A DNA stretch of 64,000 bases from NCBI RefSeq assembly GCF_018350175.1, contig NC_058377.1, forward strand, positions 100,502,001 through 100,566,000. The letters run 5' to 3'. Below, piece after piece: positions 59,321 to 64,000 of the stretch. The first letter of the stretch is position 1; each line of letters starts with the position of its first letter. The position numbers and the translations under genes were made by a program. The DNA comes from Felis catus (taxonomy: Eukaryota). The notes below the pieces were generated by a model, which made no database searches, was not told where the DNA came from, and worked only from the letters and a program-made list of their open reading frames with translations.

Positions 59321-60487
59321 TAAAATCTCGGTTTTATAAGTAAATCCATGTACTCCATAAAACAGAAGGTTTTAGAAGGGGATTAGAAAAGAAGGATAAA
59401 AAGAACAAAATCAATTCTCAGCAGAGAACTGAGACAAATGCAGGGACTGGGGTTGTAAGTGAGTCACTTATACACATGTCTAATAAGGATGATCCTGTGT
59501 TTTTGTGTTATGGGTAGAGATATGACCAGCTACCTCCTTCTGTGTGTTGACACAAGCCAGCTTGAGTGAAGCTTGGTCAACAAGATGCATTATACTGAAA
59601 TGGACAACCAGTAAAACATGAGCTCTGATATCCATCATTCTGACATGCTAGAATCTCTCATTTCCTCAGGGTTACTCTACTTTAAAAGCCTGGAAGCCAG
59701 CAGTAAACACATAAAAACCTGTTTCTTTCACACACAGAAGGCACAGGGTTCTTTTTCTTATGCGCATTTGGTAGCTTTTGAGTGAATCTTTTTAACCTCT
59801 GGAAGCTCCTGTTCTTATTGGAACCACAGAACTAACTCTATTTATCTCACAATATGTTCAGTTGTGAGATAAAATGATACAAGGAAGTTAAAGCACAAAA
59901 TAAACCCTCAACAAGTTCTAGCTATTTTTGTTATTTTGTACCAGATAATTTCCTATAAAAGTTGATCTCCTAAAGTTTTACATGTATTAAGGAAATTTTT
60001 CATATATGAATTTGTGTACGAGGGAGGAGAATTGGTTCACCTCGTACCAGTGCGCACATTTTGGACTGAACCAACTAACCTGCAGAAATGAGGTAACACA
60101 GGACTAAGCCAAATGGTAAACAGAATAAAAGTTGGGCTATATATTGAGACTGGATGTCCCTTCATATTTTATTATATTCTCCCTTAATGATTATATATAT
60201 ATATATATATGTATATATAAAGATATATATGTATATATAAAGGATAGATTGTTTCTTCTTGAATCTTTCCTTTTCTTCTGTTCTGTATTCCCCAACCATC
60301 TATTTCATCAGTATTGGTCCCTGGCAACAAATACCTTGGGTTCCAGTCCTGATATTACAGGTCACTAACTTTATTCATCTGTCTGCTCTACCCACATACG
60401 TTACTCTGGATAACGATGCATATTGGACTGTACTGCGTGTGTTTGGCTCTGTTTGTCTCTCCCCAAGTCAGATCTTTCTGAAGCTAC

Positions 60488-60958
60488 TATAAAAGGAAAA
60501 TTCCAAAATGGAGCAAGCAAGCCTACTTAAGATAGTCTCTTTTTACAAATAGGATCAGGAGGCCATAAGTAAGGAAGTGTTTAGGCACATCTGCATTGGA
60601 GAAACCATGAAGATTTTTGAACTTTTCAGAGAGCTGGCAGCCTTTAGCCTGGACTTAACTTCCTTCCTCCTCATGACACCTGAGTCATCAGCATTCTTTG
60701 CTTGTAAAAGTGTTCCAATCCTTCATTTGCGTATTAACCCAACCAATCCCAGTTACCCTAATTCCAATCTCTGTTTTGCAGAAGGGACCTGAATGAGAAT
60801 TACACTCATAGCCTTTTGCCTCTATAACTCTGCCTCTCTTTGTCTTCCTGGGAACGCAGTTTAGGTTCCTGCCAGAGCCTGTGCCTCCCCAATTACAATT
60901 GCAGTTGCCCAAATAAATGTTTCTATGTTTTAATTTTCAGTGAATTTTTTCTTAGTCA
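60488..60958 (+). mobile_element. Solo LTR, ERV1-type (471 bp, older)
   Basis: 4-bp TSD CTAC at 60484-60487 and 60959-60962; starts TATAAAAGGAAAATTCCAAAATGG (TG mutated to TA), ends TTAGTCA; CCAATC, TATAA and AATAAA in order. Confidence 0.7.
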
Positions 60959-61116
60959 CTACTAGCTTAATACTATTCCACACTATATTATTTTTCTTCG
61001 GAAAGTAAGACGAACACAAGGCAGGCAGAGCTTCTGAATTGCTCTGTCTGAATAGAGCATTGGGGAACCTTCAGGGAAACTGCTGGACACAGGCTAACAC
61101 AAAGATAAGAAGTAAA

Positions 61117-61289
61117 GGGGTACTAGGGTGCCTTTCTCAGTTAAGAGTCCAACTCTTGATTTTGGCTCAGGTCATGAGATCAAGCCTCACTTTAGGCTCT
61201 GCACTAGGCTTAAGATTCTCTCTCTCTCTCTCCCTCTGCCCACTCCCCACCCCCCCACCCCCTCACTCTCTTTATCTCTTAAAAAAAAA
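61117..61289 (+). mobile_element. Can-SINE (diverged)
   Basis: cagttaagagtccaactcttgattttggctcaggtcatgagatcaagcc...; (CT)n; A-tail. Confidence 0.8.
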
Positions 61290-64000
61290 AGATAGATGTA
61301 AAAAGGATAAGATGTAAAGTTATATCCAGAAAATGCCCAAATGCCCACAGGCACCAGGGCCAGTCTCATGGAGAGCAATACAGAGGACTTTGGTGAAGAT
61401 CTGTTCAGGAATGCCTCTGGGAATGTAATTTCTTAAGACTTTCAAAGACCTGTAAATTCTTGTGTTGTCATATGTTATATTCTGCTTTTCCAAATCAGCT
61501 TTCCTTTAGGGATAGACACACAATAAATGACATTCTAAAGCTTAAAAGGTGTGTTTGTTTTTGTAAGAATTTCAAAATACTTCATGCTTTTCTTTTTCTT
61601 TTCTTTTTTTTTTTTTTGTAGTCTGAAGGTCCATTTCTTACATCCCTGAGGGTTAATGAATACTTAAACTCCACCCCCCTCCCCTTGCAGATGTATAAAA
61701 TGTTCTAAGACATGCTGAGATTCTCAAGATAATTTTGGAGAATTGACCTACACATGTTTGCATGACTGGTGTGTAAATCTCTGCCTTTTTCTTTCAGCTT
61801 TAGACACTGGAGAAGAATCAGTAGAGTGAGTACCTCAGGAGGGGGGTCTCCTGATTTGGTCTAAAACTAATCTTACAGCCTCTGAGATCTAATGATCAGT
61901 GAATTAACCATGCCGCTTCCTTTGGAGATGCTCCACCATCTGCTTCGAGGTGGTTCTATGCTATTTAAGTTTATTCCATTTAATTTCATTCTTACACTGT
62001 ATTTTCTGTGGCAGCACAAGATAATTTGATTACTATAAAAATAATGTAGCTAACTTTAGTCTTATTGTACATTATTCACAGGCAGAATTACACGGGTGAG
62101 CAAGAATAGGTGAGTCGAAGTGAAGGAAATCTTCAAGTTTCAGCAAAATTTATTGAATCCTTTTCTGGTGCTTTTATATATTTCCCCCATATTCGTATGA
62201 AGGAATAGCCCAGCTTTTATGACTGCATATCCCAATGATGAGTTATTTTCTAACTTTCAAAAATTTTGCTACCCTAAAATGGACTAGATTTGTTTGATTG
62301 AATTAAGTTAGCTTTATAGCGGGCCATATTCTGGTATCATTAGGAGGAAATATGAACTTACAGTGGAAACTACTTTGAGAGCAATAATTCTTGATGTTTT
62401 AATAGCACAGTCAAAATGCAGCATTTTTATGCAGTACGACCAAACTAATAAAGTAATAATCTGACTGGATTTTTAGAGTACAGGAAAATTGCATGCTAAT
62501 GGTTAGCATTAAGAAATGACCAAAGACCAGAAGCTTTAATGTTGATGGAGTCCAATTTACCAACTTTATCTTTAATGGATTGTGTTTTTGGGGTCATTCA
62601 GATTTATATATTACATACTTTTCTATACTTTGATAAAAAGTTTTAAACACCGAAAAAAGAAATGACTAAAGACAACTAATTGTTTAGAGTAATTTTGTTT
62701 CTTTTTACTAAAAGATTGCTCCAAACTGAAATTTATCATGGTCATCCTCATTAACATATAGTGATAGTTTCAGGTTTCTTGTTTCCTTGTTAGACTGGTT
62801 ATATATGTATGCATGGCAATTTCAGAAACTCCTCACTCAAGAAAAGAGAAAAAGTATAAGGAAGATAATGTGTAGTTTTGAACCACGTATGACCCTGGGG
62901 TATTTCATATTATTTTTTATTCCTCATTATATTTTTGCATTATGTAATAGTTTATCGATTCTATAAATGTGGGCCATGAAACTTTAAGAGGTTAGCAATA
63001 ACTTCAATGTTCATAAATGCCATGGAAGGGGAGAAAGTGAATTCTGCTTATGAGTTCTTATTAAAAGTTATTGGTCTATAAGAAAGGAAGACATTAATAA
63101 AGTTAGTAAGAAAAATGTTTGCATAGTGTCTTTAGTCAAATGGGGTGATTGAGTTCTCACAGAACATGGGCCAGATTACCCAGATTTCAAACTCTACGCT
63201 TCAATTCTAAATAACTATATTTAAAGTGAAATAAGGCAAATATAAGGGCATATTTCACTTCATATTGTAGACATATTTAGGTAATTGGTTTTCTTTTTAC
63301 ATTCAAATTATTACTGTATAGAAGCACAATTTGAATCAAAACAGTTCACCATTCAGTAATTATACTTCTTCATGTTTCTACATCTTTCTTGTTCTGTGAT
63401 TCCAACCACCTTTAGAAGGAGTGAATAATATTTCTTCCTCTCATCACTTATGATTTCAATTATTTGACAAATTGGAAGATGTGGTCAAGAATCTACTGCA
63501 TGTTTCAATGACAATAATCCTCTCACTGGGCTGCATCCACATGTCCCTTTTACTTCAACTAATAGCAGTGATTACAATAGCACATTCCCCAGATTTTAGG
63601 ATCAGAGTTTATGAGCTTGTGGATGAAACATCTGTGATAATCTAGAAAACAAGCCAAAATCCTACCTGAAGGAATACACATTTTGCTAAAAATGACCTAA
63701 AATTATTTCAAAATGATTTGGAATCAAGAAGGCTAGACCCCATGTTTATATCCCCCCAAATATTCATAAACATAGACCGGGTGATTGGTAATCTGTGACC
63801 TTGAATACTTTTTAAAATTGGGACGCGATTCAAAGTGTTTCCCCTCACTGCTGGCCTCTGGAACACCCCGTTTTCTTGCTCTGCTCACAAGCGTGGAATA
63901 CAGCCCCTGACTGACTGGGAATCCAGATATCTGTCCTCCACAGAATATTACTTTCTGATGTTAATAAATTACTTAGAATATCTTGATCTGAGTCTCTTTT

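Noticed and set aside
60016-60047. 8-bp stem hairpin gtacgagg...cctcgtac
   Set aside because: 8-bp stems with short loops are expected many times by chance in 64 kb; no further structure.
1-64000. CRISPR arrays, rRNA, prokaryotic or phage-like systems
   Set aside because: Mammalian nuclear DNA; no regularly spaced repeat-spacer arrays, operon-like ORFs or rRNA similarity seen.

Overview
Felid (cat-family carnivore) genomic DNA from a class II olfactory receptor family-4 cluster. It holds five OR4 loci: an intact OR4P4-like gene (+, 5477-6403), OR4S2 (-, 12075-13010, with a 140-N gap inside the CDS), OR4C11 (-, 25515-26447), an OR4C46/OR4C13-like gene (-, 40332-41261), and an OR4P-type gene broken by a single 1-bp deletion (+, 55797-56725). 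Intergenic DNA is AT-rich and repeat-dense: about 31 Can-SINEs, many L1 fragments (two with twin-priming 5' inversions), a decayed ERVL provirus with its MLT2 LTR, two ERV1-type solo LTRs with 4-bp TSDs, an MLT1, a Tigger-type MITE, a MER5-like element, MIR/L2 remnants, microsatellites and six 140-177 nt assembly gaps. I found no convincing new gene family or biological system. The most interesting non-obvious structures are (i) a paralogous non-coding module 2.9-3.6 kb upstream of all three minus-strand OR genes, each followed by a consensus splice donor (predicted promoter/first exon); (ii) a candidate upstream exon that would splice in frame onto the OR4P4-like CDS; (iii) a CpG-retaining solo LTR in sense orientation upstream of OR4S2; and (iv) a CpG-rich patch with an EBF-like site between two convergent OR genes. 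Gene and repeat family names come from recall of human orthologues and repeat consensus sequences, not from database searches. Repeat boundaries without a stated TSD are approximate.
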